Shown here in pieces: positions 1-8,691 of a DNA stretch of 30,262 nucleotides. Origin of the DNA: Polyangiales bacterium (GTDB lineage: Bacteria > Myxococcota_A > Polyangia > Polyangiales > Houyiibacteriaceae); the NCBI GenBank assembly GCA_045106895.1, contig JBGCFM010000267.1:1-30262 (forward strand), given 5' to 3'. The translations under genes were made by a program, and so were the position numbers. The notes under the pieces are model-generated. The model saw only the letters and a list, made by a program, of their open reading frames with translations, was not told the DNA's origin and did no database searches. How positions within the stretch are numbered: the first letter of the stretch is position 1; every line of letters begins with the position of its first letter.

Positions 1-1320
1 CACCTCGGTGAGAACCTGAGCGGCGGCCTCTTTCGTCAGGCAGGTCGCCTGCCATAGACTTCGATGGTCGCCGGCGCAGATTCTCTCCCGTAGCTCCGCG
101 TCGAACTCCGGGTCCTGCGAGTCCTTACGAAACTTAGGCACCTCCTTCTTCTGAAAACGAATCACCTCTTCGTACTCGAGCAGAGCGGGAGCCGGGACCT
201 TTTTGGCCCGCGCCTTCTTGACCTTCCTTTTTCCCGAGGCGGGCTCCCCGACCTTCCACGGAAGCGACGCAAGAAACGCCTGCGGGGGCGCCTGCGGAAG
301 CGGGTGCAGTTTGCTTAGGTGCGCATCAACCAGCGCCGCCGATGCCCCGAGCAGTTCGGCTTTGGCCACCGCCTCCGGGTGTGCACGCAGGAGCCCTCGG
401 AGAGCTTCCTCGGCGGCCTCTTTTTGCTCGCGCTGCTTGGCGCCCTCGCCGAGTTCCGTGATCCATTGGGCGAAGGCGACGATGGCCTGCGCGGGCTTCG
501 ACCAGAGTCGACGCACCGCAAGTTCCGCGGCGTGGTGTTTAAACAGCAAACGTACGCACGCGTGTGCGGCGTCTTGGCCCTCGCACTTCGCGATGGCCTT
601 GGTCACCTTCTTTACTACACCGGCGTCGGTCCAGTAGTCGCAGATTCGAGCGCGGAGCGGTCCGCACGCCAGCTCTCCGAGGGACTCCGCCTGTTCCAGA
701 ATTGGGATGTCACGAAGTCGCTCTGTCGCGACGTCGACGCCAGGCATGCAAGCCAGGATGTAGAAGTGCGCTCGAAAGTCGGGCGCGAGTGGATGAACGA
801 AGACGCCGGCACGCTTCTCATCGGTCGTCAGCAAGTCCAAGCCCGGAAACGACATCGCGAGGGCATATCGCAGAGCAGCCGGCGCCCCCTCGGCGAGTCG
901 AAGGGCGCACTCCTGAGTCGCGGCGAAGGCCGCTGCGTCTAGCTGCGCCAGCTGCCGACGGAACGCCTGCCATGCGCCCATCTCCAGACCTTGATGCACC
1001 TCACATTCGCCAAACCCACGGGCTTCATCATAGGTCCGCTCGAAACGTGACGAAGCGACGAGCATCTCCGTTGCAAACGCCGGATCCTGCGCCATCCACA
1101 CGTGGATCACATCTTCGCGGTGATCTTTGTCCGGGTACGAATAGTAGTCGTGCAAGAGCAGTCGCAACGGTTCAAGGCCCGGCTCGCACAACGAAGGCGT
1201 GTCGCTCGCATACGACGCAGCGACGGGCGCGATTCGCTGGAGCGCAGACTTGGAGAGCTGCGGGTGATTCTTCGAATAGTGCGCCTTCAGACGCGCCCAC
1301 GAGTCCGCCACATCGCACAT
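1..1320 (-). CDS. Hypothetical protein, N-terminal 440 codons (continues past window start); possibly DUF4132/MolR-like
   Basis: Hand-translated stop-free minus frame from ATG 1320 to position 1 (MCDVADSWARLKAHYSK...APPQAFLASLPWKVGEPASGKRKVKKARAKKVPAPALLEYEE...). TAGCGT lies 7 nt upstream. It is absent from the ORF track because no stop falls inside the window. The DUF4132 guess rests only on the LxxLPW + basic linker. Confidence 0.75.
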   Translation of the reverse strand, partial: MCDVADSWARLKAHYSKNHPQLSKSALQRIAPVAASYASDTPSLCEPGLEPLRLLLHDYYSYPDKDHREDVIHVWMAQDPAFATEMLVASSRFERTYDEARGFGECEVHQGLEMGAWQAFRRQLAQLDAAAFAATQECALRLAEGAPAALRYALAMSFPGLDLLTTDEKRAGVFVHPLAPDFRAHFYILACMPGVDVATERLRDIPILEQAESLGELACGPLRARICDYWTDAGVVKKVTKAIAKCEGQDAAHACVRLLFKHHAAELAVRRLWSKPAQAIVAFAQWITELGEGAKQREQKEAAEEALRGLLRAHPEAVAKAELLGASAALVDAHLSKLHPLPQAPPQAFLASLPWKVGEPASGKRKVKKARAKKVPAPALLEYEEVIRFQKKEVPKFRKDSQDPEFDAELRERICAGDHRSLWQATCLTKEAAAQVLTEV

Positions 1321-1360
1321 ACGTTCGACGCTACACTACTAAGCTCACGAACGCGGCGGT

Positions 1361-1903
1361 TTAGCGCCAGCGTCCGACGATGGTGAAACCCGAGCGTTCG
1401 ATCGTCGTTTCTTGGGTCAGATGTTTGGCCCCCACGAGCACCCACATCTGTCCGATGTACGCCGAGAGGTAACGACAGAATTCGTCGGTAAAAGGCTCGA
1501 CGCCGGTGAGGCGCCCGCGCGCCGAGTTGGGACTCAAACGCACCACCGTCCACTCGCCGGTGTCGTAGAAACGACTCCAGTAGTCGCCGGACTTCTCGAG
1601 AACGTAGGCCGGATTGGCGAGACTCAAAAAGAGGCGGTGAATTCGTTTGAGGTCTTGGTTGGCTTCGAAGACGCCGATGACATCAATGAGCGAGCCATCA
1701 CCCGTGCCAAAGAAGTCATCGATGGACCGAAGCAATCGATGCTGAAGCGCGAGCTCGTACCAGCCAACGGGGACCAGGCCGAGCAACTCAAGGCGGTCTT
1801 CCGTGCTCATGGACTCGAGCAGCGAAGTCCACGCTGGGCGGCCGTGGTTTGCGACGACCCACGTTCGCATATGGTGCATGTTGGAGCCTTTGGCGCGACC
1901 CAT
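1361..1903 (-). CDS. Myxobacterial hypothetical protein, possibly H-NOX/V4R-like (DUF2378-like)
   Basis: 180 aa from ATG 1903 with the pattern AKGS...HGRPAWTSLL...GWYEL...PAYVLEKSGDYWSRFYDTG. TGnTACCGT lies 5 nt upstream. Confidence 0.7.
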   Translation of the reverse strand: MGRAKGSNMHHMRTWVVANHGRPAWTSLLESMSTEDRLELLGLVPVGWYELALQHRLLRSIDDFFGTGDGSLIDVIGVFEANQDLKRIHRLFLSLANPAYVLEKSGDYWSRFYDTGEWTVVRLSPNSARGRLTGVEPFTDEFCRYLSAYIGQMWVLVGAKHLTQETTIERSGFTIVGRWR

Positions 1904-1955
1904 GGGCGACGGTACCACGTCTGATTAAGCAAGCGGCTCGCACCTCAGTTCAGCG

Positions 1956-2450
1956 CTACGACCGATCCTCTTTCAGCACGTAGACGTCCCTCAGCCCTTG
2001 GTCGTCAAAGCGAAGAGCCAACACAAAGGTGGCGGACGCGGGCCGGATGTCATCCAAGACTTGGCGCAAACAGTCGCTGATGGCTCCGCCTGTGCTCGTC
2101 GCCCCCGGGGCATCAAGCTGGGTCCAGTGGCGGGGGCGTGAGTGCTGCGCTGGGAAGCACGCGCTCAAGCGCGATGCTCGTGCGCGCGCTGCCATACTCA
2201 GCGCGCGCTCTTGGGGCCGCATGCTCGAGGCAGGGGTGGGGTTTCCCCACGGGTTGAGCACCTCGTTGAGCGCCCAAGCGGGGATTTGTGCACCCAGCGC
2301 TCGCAAGGCGACTCGGTCGCCGCGAACCATGAGAGGCGCAGGTCGCGTCGCGGTGCGATTCGTCGCGTCGTCCCAGGGGTTGAAGACCTCTTGGGCTTCG
2401 GCACCGGCTACGCAACCCACCATCATCAGAACTACAAGGATGTGCCTCAT
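1956..2450 (-). CDS. Secreted hypothetical protein
   Basis: Signal peptide MRHILVVLMMVGCVAGAEA, a duplicated EV(F/L)NPW motif and a C-terminal Cys pair. TGnTACGCT lies 7 nt upstream. Confidence 0.65.
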   Translation of the reverse strand: MRHILVVLMMVGCVAGAEAQEVFNPWDDATNRTATRPAPLMVRGDRVALRALGAQIPAWALNEVLNPWGNPTPASSMRPQERALSMAARARASRLSACFPAQHSRPRHWTQLDAPGATSTGGAISDCLRQVLDDIRPASATFVLALRFDDQGLRDVYVLKEDRS

Positions 2451-2516
2451 CGACGGAAGCGTAGCAGCTGTCGGGGCGCGTCGAAACTCTGCCTCCGGCG
2501 CCTTGCTGTCTCTTAG

Positions 2517-5492
2517 CTATCGGCAGAAGCGGATGAATCGCAGATCGTTCGCGCGATCCTCACGATGCAAGAGGTAGACGTAGCCGCCGGGGCCCGCCGC
2601 CATCGTGTTGAACTCGCCCACCTCGTCCGTCGCTTCGAGGACCTCCTCGCCCGCAAAATCGCCGCCGTTATTTCGACGCGCGTAGAGTAAGTCGTTGGCG
2701 GTTACGAGCACTCTTCCGACGAGGCGCCTTGTGCGGTCACGGCTCGCGATGTGCACGTCCCCGCGAGTGTCGACGGCGATGGCGGCGTGATCGCCACGGT
2801 CTGGGCCCGCGATGGGCCGCTCCAGAGTCCACAAACCTGCGGCGGGGCGATAGGCATACCCAAGGCCGCCACCATCGTTGAAGGAAAGGTGGACTCCGCC
2901 TTCGGCGTCCGTTGCCATGGACACGAAGCCGCCAACGTCTCCCGTCGTCGCCACCGTCGTCGGCGCCCCGAACTCGCCACCGAGGGGACGAAACGCGTAG
3001 CGCAGGTCGCCGGCGCTGTCGTCATGCCACGCCAAGTGCACGCCACCGGCGGCGTCCATTCGCATGGCCGTGTAGCGCCCTTGGGAGCCCGCCGTGTCGA
3101 AGGCCCGCAGAGCCCATTCGGTCTCGCCTTCGGCTCTCGTGGCCAGCTTCAAGTCGTTGGCGCTCGCGTCCCGATACGCGATGAGTACGGTTCCCGCCGT
3201 GTCGACGACGATGCTCGTCTCGTATCCCACGTTCGCCGTATTATCGACCTCGCTGAGGGTCCAACCACCAGCGCCCGCGACAGCGTGCATGAGGCGCGAA
3301 TCGCTGCGGTCGAAGAACGCGATGTGGGGTGTGCCGTCAGCGGCCAAAGCGATGGAGTTGTGTTCACCGACGCTCCCTTCGGTGGCCACATTCTGCGCTC
3401 GCCACACTCCGCCCCGCGGCTTGTACGAGTGCAGGAGGTCTCGCTCCGTCGCGAACTCATAGACGATGTGGGTTCCACCTTCGGGGCTCACCGCGAGGGC
3501 CGTGTAGCGACCGGAGCTGCCCGTGGCGTGGACGGGTTCACTCAGCCAGCCCGTCGCTCCCGGCGCACGATAGCTGTAGTAGAGGTCGCCGTTGCTCCCA
3601 TCATAGTAGGAGATGTGAACGCCTCCTTCGGCGTCTGTGTCGACGCTCGTTTCAACGCCCACGTTCCCTGTGGAGTCGACGGTCTCGATGACCCACGCTT
3701 CCCCCGGTCGACGCTGCGCGTACTTGACGTCATCCGCGCTCTCGTTTCGGTAGGCGATATGCAACGTCCCGGATACGTCGATGTCCAAGTCCGCGTATCG
3801 CCCCTGGTCCGACTCCGCGTCGACGGTTTCGATGGTGAACTCACCCGCGCCGGAAGCTCGGTATGCGTAACGCAGGTCACGATCGCCCACGTGGTGGTAC
3901 GCGATGTGGATGCCGAGTGCATCGTCCAGCTGCAGGGAGGTGTACTCACCACCGTTGCCTTCAGCGTCGATCGTCTCGTCGGTCCAAGACCCCTCGACGG
4001 CACGAATGGCGAGGTTGAGGGTGTTGTCCGAAGAGTTCCGGTACGAGACGAAGACGCGGCCATCTGGCGCGACATCGATGGAGCTGTGTAGCCCGACTCG
4101 CCCATTGGAGACCGCAATCTCAGCTTGCCAAAGGCCGCCCGCAGGTTTGTAGGCGTACTTGAGGTCGTCTCCGCTCGGAGCGAAGTAGCTCGCGTGGACG
4201 CCGCCGGCGGCGTCCACAGCGATGGCCGGTTGCTCGCCCACGTTCCCCATTGAGTCCACCACGGCGCTCGTCCAGCTTCCGTCCGCGTCGCGGTAGGCAT
4301 ATCGCAGGTCGCGATTCGTCGTGTCCCAATGGAGCACGTGAAGTCCGCCGCTCGAATCGGAGGTAACGGCCACGTCGCGACCCACGGACCCTGCGGTCTC
4401 GACAACCTCGGTGCTCCAATAGCCGGAGGGCGGGTGGTAGGCGTAGCGGAGGTTGTTGCTGCTGGCGTCACGGAAAGACGCGTGGAGTCCACCGGCGACG
4501 TCCACCGTGAGGTCCGCGTCGAGTCCGATGTTGCCGCGCGTCTGGGCCACCTGGATAGAACGTTCCCCGAAACACCCGCAGTCTTCGTCCAGCTCGCCAT
4601 CGCAGTCGTCGTCGATTCCGTTGCAGGTGTCGATGCTCCCCGCGCCCGCGCACCCGCAACTGCCCGCCATGCACATGCCCGCGACGCCGCAATCGCTGCC
4701 GTCTTCCAGGGGTGTGTTCACGCAAGCGCCGGCATCGCAGCGATCGCTGGTGCACTCGTTGTCGTCGTCGCAATCGCCGCAGGTGACGTCGGGGCCGGCG
4801 TCCTCCCCCACGTGTGCGTCCACGCTTGCGTCCGTAGACATGCCGGCGTCCCCGGCGAGTGGGCGGCAGCCTTCTTCGGGACTGCACCACTCACCGGGAC
4901 CGCACTCTTCGTTCTGCGCGAGCATGAAACACACGCCGCCATCGCAGCGCGGCGTGGCGCAATCACTCGCGGCGCTGGGACAGTCACTGTCGACAGCGCA
5001 AGCATCCGGCGGGCAGAGCTCAGGGGTCTCCACGGTGCACTCCGGCGAGACGCAGACGCCGCCGAGACAAGAGGTGTTCGGGTCGCCATCCGCGAGGGGG
5101 CAGCCAACGCCGCCGCAGTCGCGTGTGATGACAACCGTTCGAATCGCCGTGGCGTCGACGAATACGCGACTAAGTCGGTCCGCGAAGACGTTGCCGCTCG
5201 CGTCCAAAAGCTCCACCAAGACGGTGTGTTCACCGAGGGGGACGTTGATGCTCGCGACGCGAACACCGCGTAGAAAGTCCTGGCCTGCTTCAGTGCGAAA
5301 ATCCTCGCGTCGAACGAGGCCTTCGTCGCCGCCTTGGATTACCTCCGTTCTCACCCGAGAGAACTCCTGGCCCGCGACATAGTCCGTCTTCAAGTCGATG
5401 AAGAGCATGTCACCCTCGGCGCTGCTGCAAGACATAAGTCCCAACAGAATAAGAGGCGCGACCAAGACCCTCGCTAGCGCGGATGTACCCAC
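2517..5492 (-). CDS. Large lipoprotein: Cys-rich stalk, MopE-like CNGxDDDCDG repeat, 14 beta-propeller-type repeats
   Basis: Lipobox LMSC, Cys-rich modules, DTCNGIDDDCDGELDE, then 14 repeats of about 48 aa (VD..GNVG...SIAVD..GGVHIAY.D...DLRYA). Confidence 0.85.
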   Translation of the reverse strand: MGTSALARVLVAPLILLGLMSCSSAEGDMLFIDLKTDYVAGQEFSRVRTEVIQGGDEGLVRREDFRTEAGQDFLRGVRVASINVPLGEHTVLVELLDASGNVFADRLSRVFVDATAIRTVVITRDCGGVGCPLADGDPNTSCLGGVCVSPECTVETPELCPPDACAVDSDCPSAASDCATPRCDGGVCFMLAQNEECGPGEWCSPEEGCRPLAGDAGMSTDASVDAHVGEDAGPDVTCGDCDDDNECTSDRCDAGACVNTPLEDGSDCGVAGMCMAGSCGCAGAGSIDTCNGIDDDCDGELDEDCGCFGERSIQVAQTRGNIGLDADLTVDVAGGLHASFRDASSNNLRYAYHPPSGYWSTEVVETAGSVGRDVAVTSDSSGGLHVLHWDTTNRDLRYAYRDADGSWTSAVVDSMGNVGEQPAIAVDAAGGVHASYFAPSGDDLKYAYKPAGGLWQAEIAVSNGRVGLHSSIDVAPDGRVFVSYRNSSDNTLNLAIRAVEGSWTDETIDAEGNGGEYTSLQLDDALGIHIAYHHVGDRDLRYAYRASGAGEFTIETVDAESDQGRYADLDIDVSGTLHIAYRNESADDVKYAQRRPGEAWVIETVDSTGNVGVETSVDTDAEGGVHISYYDGSNGDLYYSYRAPGATGWLSEPVHATGSSGRYTALAVSPEGGTHIVYEFATERDLLHSYKPRGGVWRAQNVATEGSVGEHNSIALAADGTPHIAFFDRSDSRLMHAVAGAGGWTLSEVDNTANVGYETSIVVDTAGTVLIAYRDASANDLKLATRAEGETEWALRAFDTAGSQGRYTAMRMDAAGGVHLAWHDDSAGDLRYAFRPLGGEFGAPTTVATTGDVGGFVSMATDAEGGVHLSFNDGGGLGYAYRPAAGLWTLERPIAGPDRGDHAAIAVDTRGDVHIASRDRTRRLVGRVLVTANDLLYARRNNGGDFAGEEVLEATDEVGEFNTMAAGPGGYVYLLHREDRANDLRFIRFCR
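2520..4556 (-). repeat. 14 tandem coding repeats of about 48 aa (probably 2 x 7-bladed propeller)
   Basis: Repeat cores counted in order: GNIG, GSVG, GNVG, GRVG, GNGG, SDQG, GNVG, GSSG, GSVG, ANVG, GSQG, GDVG, PDRG, DEVG. Confidence 0.8.
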
Positions 5493-5825
5493 GAGAGCAA
5501 GGGTAACACAGCGGCTTCACTCCTCGTCGAGAGGACCGCCGTCGAAGGTCAGCTGATCTCCGCCCGCATCATGAAAGCGAGCGTCCGGCGTTTGTCCCAG
5601 CACGGTCACAAACAGGAACGAACCCAGGGGGGCAACTCAAGGGCGCTTCTGTGCACTTGCAGCCACCAAGACTCTGCACGGACACGCAGAGAAGAATGGC
5701 TTGAAGCGCTCGTCGAAGTTCCACCCCCTCACCATATCACTCCCGACCCTCCGTATCCTCTTCACCTTCGGACATGGACCGGGCCTCCACGTGATAGCGT
5801 GCGCCGACAGCGAAAGGCAGCACCG

Positions 5826-6860
5826 ATGACCCACTCAAACGAACTTAAGCCCAACACGTTCTTCATCGAAGTCTCTGGGTCCGGGCTCCCCGAGGTCGAT
5901 GGGCTCTTCGTCCCGTCCACGGCGCCGCCGGTAAAGTCCGAGTCCGGCAATATGTCGAGCCTCGGCTACTGGAACGGGCGCATGGCGTGGGACCGCGCCG
6001 ATGGGAAGTGCGAGCGTAGCCCGGCCATCTCCTACTCCGAGACCTACCAGTCCTGGCGAATCTGTCGCCTCGATGGACACCTCGCCTACGACGCCACCTG
6101 CCAAGACGAGATGCCGCCGGTGGACCGCGAGTGGCACGTCTATAAGAAAGGCGTCGCGCCTGCGCCGAAGGTCGTCATTCATCACTCGGACCCGCGCCTG
6201 CCTTGCCCCGCGCCCAATGTTGTCTTCGTCCTCGGCGGCCCCGGGGCTGGCAAAGGCACCATGTGCGAGCTCGCGGAAAACCAGCTCGGCTGGACGCATC
6301 TGTCCACCGGCGTTCTCCTACGCGCCGAGCGCGACAAAGGCGGAGACAACGCCAACGTCATCAACGAGCTCATCGAAGCCGGGAAGCTCGTGCCCAACGA
6401 GATCGTCGTCACATTGCTCAAGGACGCCATGGAGACGGTCACGCGCACGACGGGCAAAACCAACTTTCTCCTCGATGGTTTTCCGCGAAGCTTGGACAAC
6501 CTCGACGCGTGGTACGAGATCTTCGGACGCGAGACGGAGCTGCCGGAGATGCTCTACTTCGAGTGCCCCTACGAGGTGCTGGAGCAGCGCATCCTTGGGC
6601 GCGCGAAGTTCTCCGGCCGCAAGGACGATAACGTCGAGAGCATGAAGCTGCGCTTCGACACCTTTAAGGCGGAGACCTTGCCCACGGTGGAGCTCTTTCA
6701 GTCCAAGCAGAAGTGCACCATCATCGACACGAGCCAAGAGCGCGCGGCGGTCTACGCTGTGGTGAAGCAGCACCTCGCTGACGACACGGAGCCCGCGTTC
6801 CTCGAGCAGCCACTGACGGAGCACTCGGAGAAACTCCTCGGCCTTCGGCCTTGGAAATAG
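5826..6860 (+). CDS. Nucleoside monophosphate kinase (short-LID UMP-CMP/adenylate kinase family) with a ~130-aa N-terminal extra domain
   Basis: P-loop VFVLGGPGAGKGT, HLSTGVLLR, GKLVP, FLLDGFPRS and short LID GRKDDN. Start revised to ATG 5826, which has AAAGG upstream. Confidence 0.88.
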   Translation: MTHSNELKPNTFFIEVSGSGLPEVDGLFVPSTAPPVKSESGNMSSLGYWNGRMAWDRADGKCERSPAISYSETYQSWRICRLDGHLAYDATCQDEMPPVDREWHVYKKGVAPAPKVVIHHSDPRLPCPAPNVVFVLGGPGAGKGTMCELAENQLGWTHLSTGVLLRAERDKGGDNANVINELIEAGKLVPNEIVVTLLKDAMETVTRTTGKTNFLLDGFPRSLDNLDAWYEIFGRETELPEMLYFECPYEVLEQRILGRAKFSGRKDDNVESMKLRFDTFKAETLPTVELFQSKQKCTIIDTSQERAAVYAVVKQHLADDTEPAFLEQPLTEHSEKLLGLRPWK

Positions 6861-6926
6861 GGCCTTAGAGATAGCCGCCGCCAAATACGAGGGCGGCACC
6901 CAAGGACTCTCGCGAAGAGAGTGTCC

Positions 6927-7367
6927 ATGGCGGAGATGCTCAAGACACGCACACTTGGTTTCGTCTTCGCCCTCTTCGCGCTTGCCGCCTGCGAGCCGGA
7001 GGCAGAGCCCGTCGGCGGGACCTGCGCGAGCTATGGCGTGCCGTGTGTTTGTAGTGACGGACGACAAGCCTGCGCGCCGCATTCCAACCAAAACATCTGC
7101 CCTTGTGGCGACGAAAGCGGCGAAGATGAAGTCCTGCCGGCTCCGACTCGGGCCCCGACGAACTTCAGCGCGTGCACGGCCGACGAAGAGTGCGTCACCT
7201 ACCGTTTCCGGTGCTACACGCGGGCTGTTCATCGCGATCACCTCGCGGAGTTCCAGCAGGTCGAGCGCTTGATCGAGTTTCAAAACTGCGAAGACCCCGA
7301 GGACGGAGTGTGGCCCGCGATCCGCGGCGTCTGTCGTGACGGCGCCTGCGTCGTCGTCGAAGACTGA
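6927..7367 (+). CDS. Small Cys-rich lipoprotein
   Basis: Lipobox LAAC followed by two Cys-rich modules (CASYGVPCVC...CPC and CTADEEC...C...CRDGAC). Start could be 6921, 6927 or 6936. Confidence 0.75.
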   Translation: MAEMLKTRTLGFVFALFALAACEPEAEPVGGTCASYGVPCVCSDGRQACAPHSNQNICPCGDESGEDEVLPAPTRAPTNFSACTADEECVTYRFRCYTRAVHRDHLAEFQQVERLIEFQNCEDPEDGVWPAIRGVCRDGACVVVED

Positions 7368-7385
7368 CCTCTACTACGAACGCGA

Positions 7386-8036
7386 CTACGAGCCCTGCAG
7401 CTCACGAACGCGGCGGTTGAACACCTCGGCGAGCTGTCCTTGTGCCTCCGCGGCGACAAGCTCATCCAATATCGTACTCCGCGCGCCCCCACGAGCGAGT
7501 GCTGCGGTGTACCAGCGCAGCGCCGAAGAAACCCCGGCCACCATCCGCTCAAAGCTCTCCGGTGTGTATTCAGGGTGTTCAATGGCATGCGACGCCATTC
7601 CGAAGAGGCTGCCCATCGTGGTGTTCGCGTTCAGCTGATCGCTCCCTTCACCACGATGTTCCATCAACTCTCCGAGCACGTTTGTGATGGTCACGCTCAC
7701 GTCCGGCGATTCCGTCAACCAGCCAAGAAGTGTGGCACGCACCGACAACTCCAAGTTCATGCCGATGCGCGGATCAAACGGGTCTCGTTCATACCAGCGA
7801 ATGAACGCAGCCAGCTGCGCGAGCGCTTCTGGGGAAATCGGCTGACCCAGCGGCTGAATCAAGTGAATCAAACGCTCCGCCGGCACGGGCGCAGGGTCCG
7901 TCCGCGCGTAAGTTGCCAGCTGCGCGTCCGCGCGCGGTCCGCCTTCGGGTCGGCTCATCGTCGACTGCGTTCCCACCGCCGTGGGGCTCGCGCATGCGGC
8001 CATTAGCATCAAGGACGCATAGTTTCTCACCATCAT
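7386..8036 (-). CDS. Hypothetical lipoprotein
   Basis: Lipobox-like LMAAC, GAGG RBS upstream, helical-looking body. Confidence 0.65.
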   Translation of the reverse strand: MMVRNYASLMLMAACASPTAVGTQSTMSRPEGGPRADAQLATYARTDPAPVPAERLIHLIQPLGQPISPEALAQLAAFIRWYERDPFDPRIGMNLELSVRATLLGWLTESPDVSVTITNVLGELMEHRGEGSDQLNANTTMGSLFGMASHAIEHPEYTPESFERMVAGVSSALRWYTAALARGGARSTILDELVAAEAQGQLAEVFNRRVRELQGS

Positions 8037-8084
8037 CAGAAGTCCTCATCGGGTTTGCCGGCTGTCTCGCGAAGAACCGTCCGT

Positions 8085-8663
8085 TCATTCATCGGCGCTC
8101 ACCAACCAAACGAGCAGGTCACCAAGCTTGTCGATGTCTACGACCTCCGTGCTCAGCTCGGGAATCGAGGTCCAGTGCTCTTCAATGTCGTCGCGAAAGC
8201 AGTGGATCTTCGTTTGACGGTCCCTCGGAAAAACGGCGCGCCACGGGTCGTGTTCGTTGTCGTACCAGATTCCGAGGACGCAGCTCTCGAACGCCGAAAC
8301 GAAACGGCTCTTCTTGCGGAAGCTCTCGTCGGAAAACTGGCGCGCCCCCTCTCGCGTCGACGCGCGAAGCTCGAAGAGCGCATAGGTTTGCCCGACGAAG
8401 ACGGACAAGTCGCACGGGACGGTCTCGCGAAGCGACAACGAAAAACTGTAGCTGTTCTCCACGTCACGCGCCCATCCGTGCCAGCCACGAATACCGATGC
8501 CAATGCTCCCTGACTTGCCTTCGATGGTCCGCGCCGGTGACCAAGGAAGATACAGCGCGAGCGCTGAACGTTTCTGTGAATCAGCGGAAGCGGCGAGCGC
8601 GGCAAAGGCGCTGTGGACCTCTTCGACCCGGGCGACGAGCATGAACGCCGGGGTCATCCCCAT
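8085..8663 (-). CDS. Hypothetical protein (192 aa)
   Basis: ATG 8663 is preceded by an AGGAG RBS. The upstream part of the 8085..8960 track ORF overlaps the adjacent gene and was trimmed. Confidence 0.6.
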   Translation of the reverse strand: MGMTPAFMLVARVEEVHSAFAALAASADSQKRSALALYLPWSPARTIEGKSGSIGIGIRGWHGWARDVENSYSFSLSLRETVPCDLSVFVGQTYALFELRASTREGARQFSDESFRKKSRFVSAFESCVLGIWYDNEHDPWRAVFPRDRQTKIHCFRDDIEEHWTSIPELSTEVVDIDKLGDLLVWLVSADE

Positions 8664-8691
8664 GTCGAAAGCTCCTGCCCTTCGGCCAGCG

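Noticed and set aside
5571..5825. N-terminal extensions in the ORF track (also starts at 8960, 10380, 11768, 16338, 23849, 29825 and 30250)
   Set aside because: They overlap neighbouring genes or promoters. Downstream starts coincide with RBSs, signal peptides or family N-termini.
5517..5834. Minus-strand frame with one internal TGA (...AQKRP*VAPLG...DQLTFDGGPLDEE*) as a pseudogene
   Set aside because: No recognisable homology, weak codon bias over most of its length, and it overlaps the kinase start. It cannot be told apart from chance.
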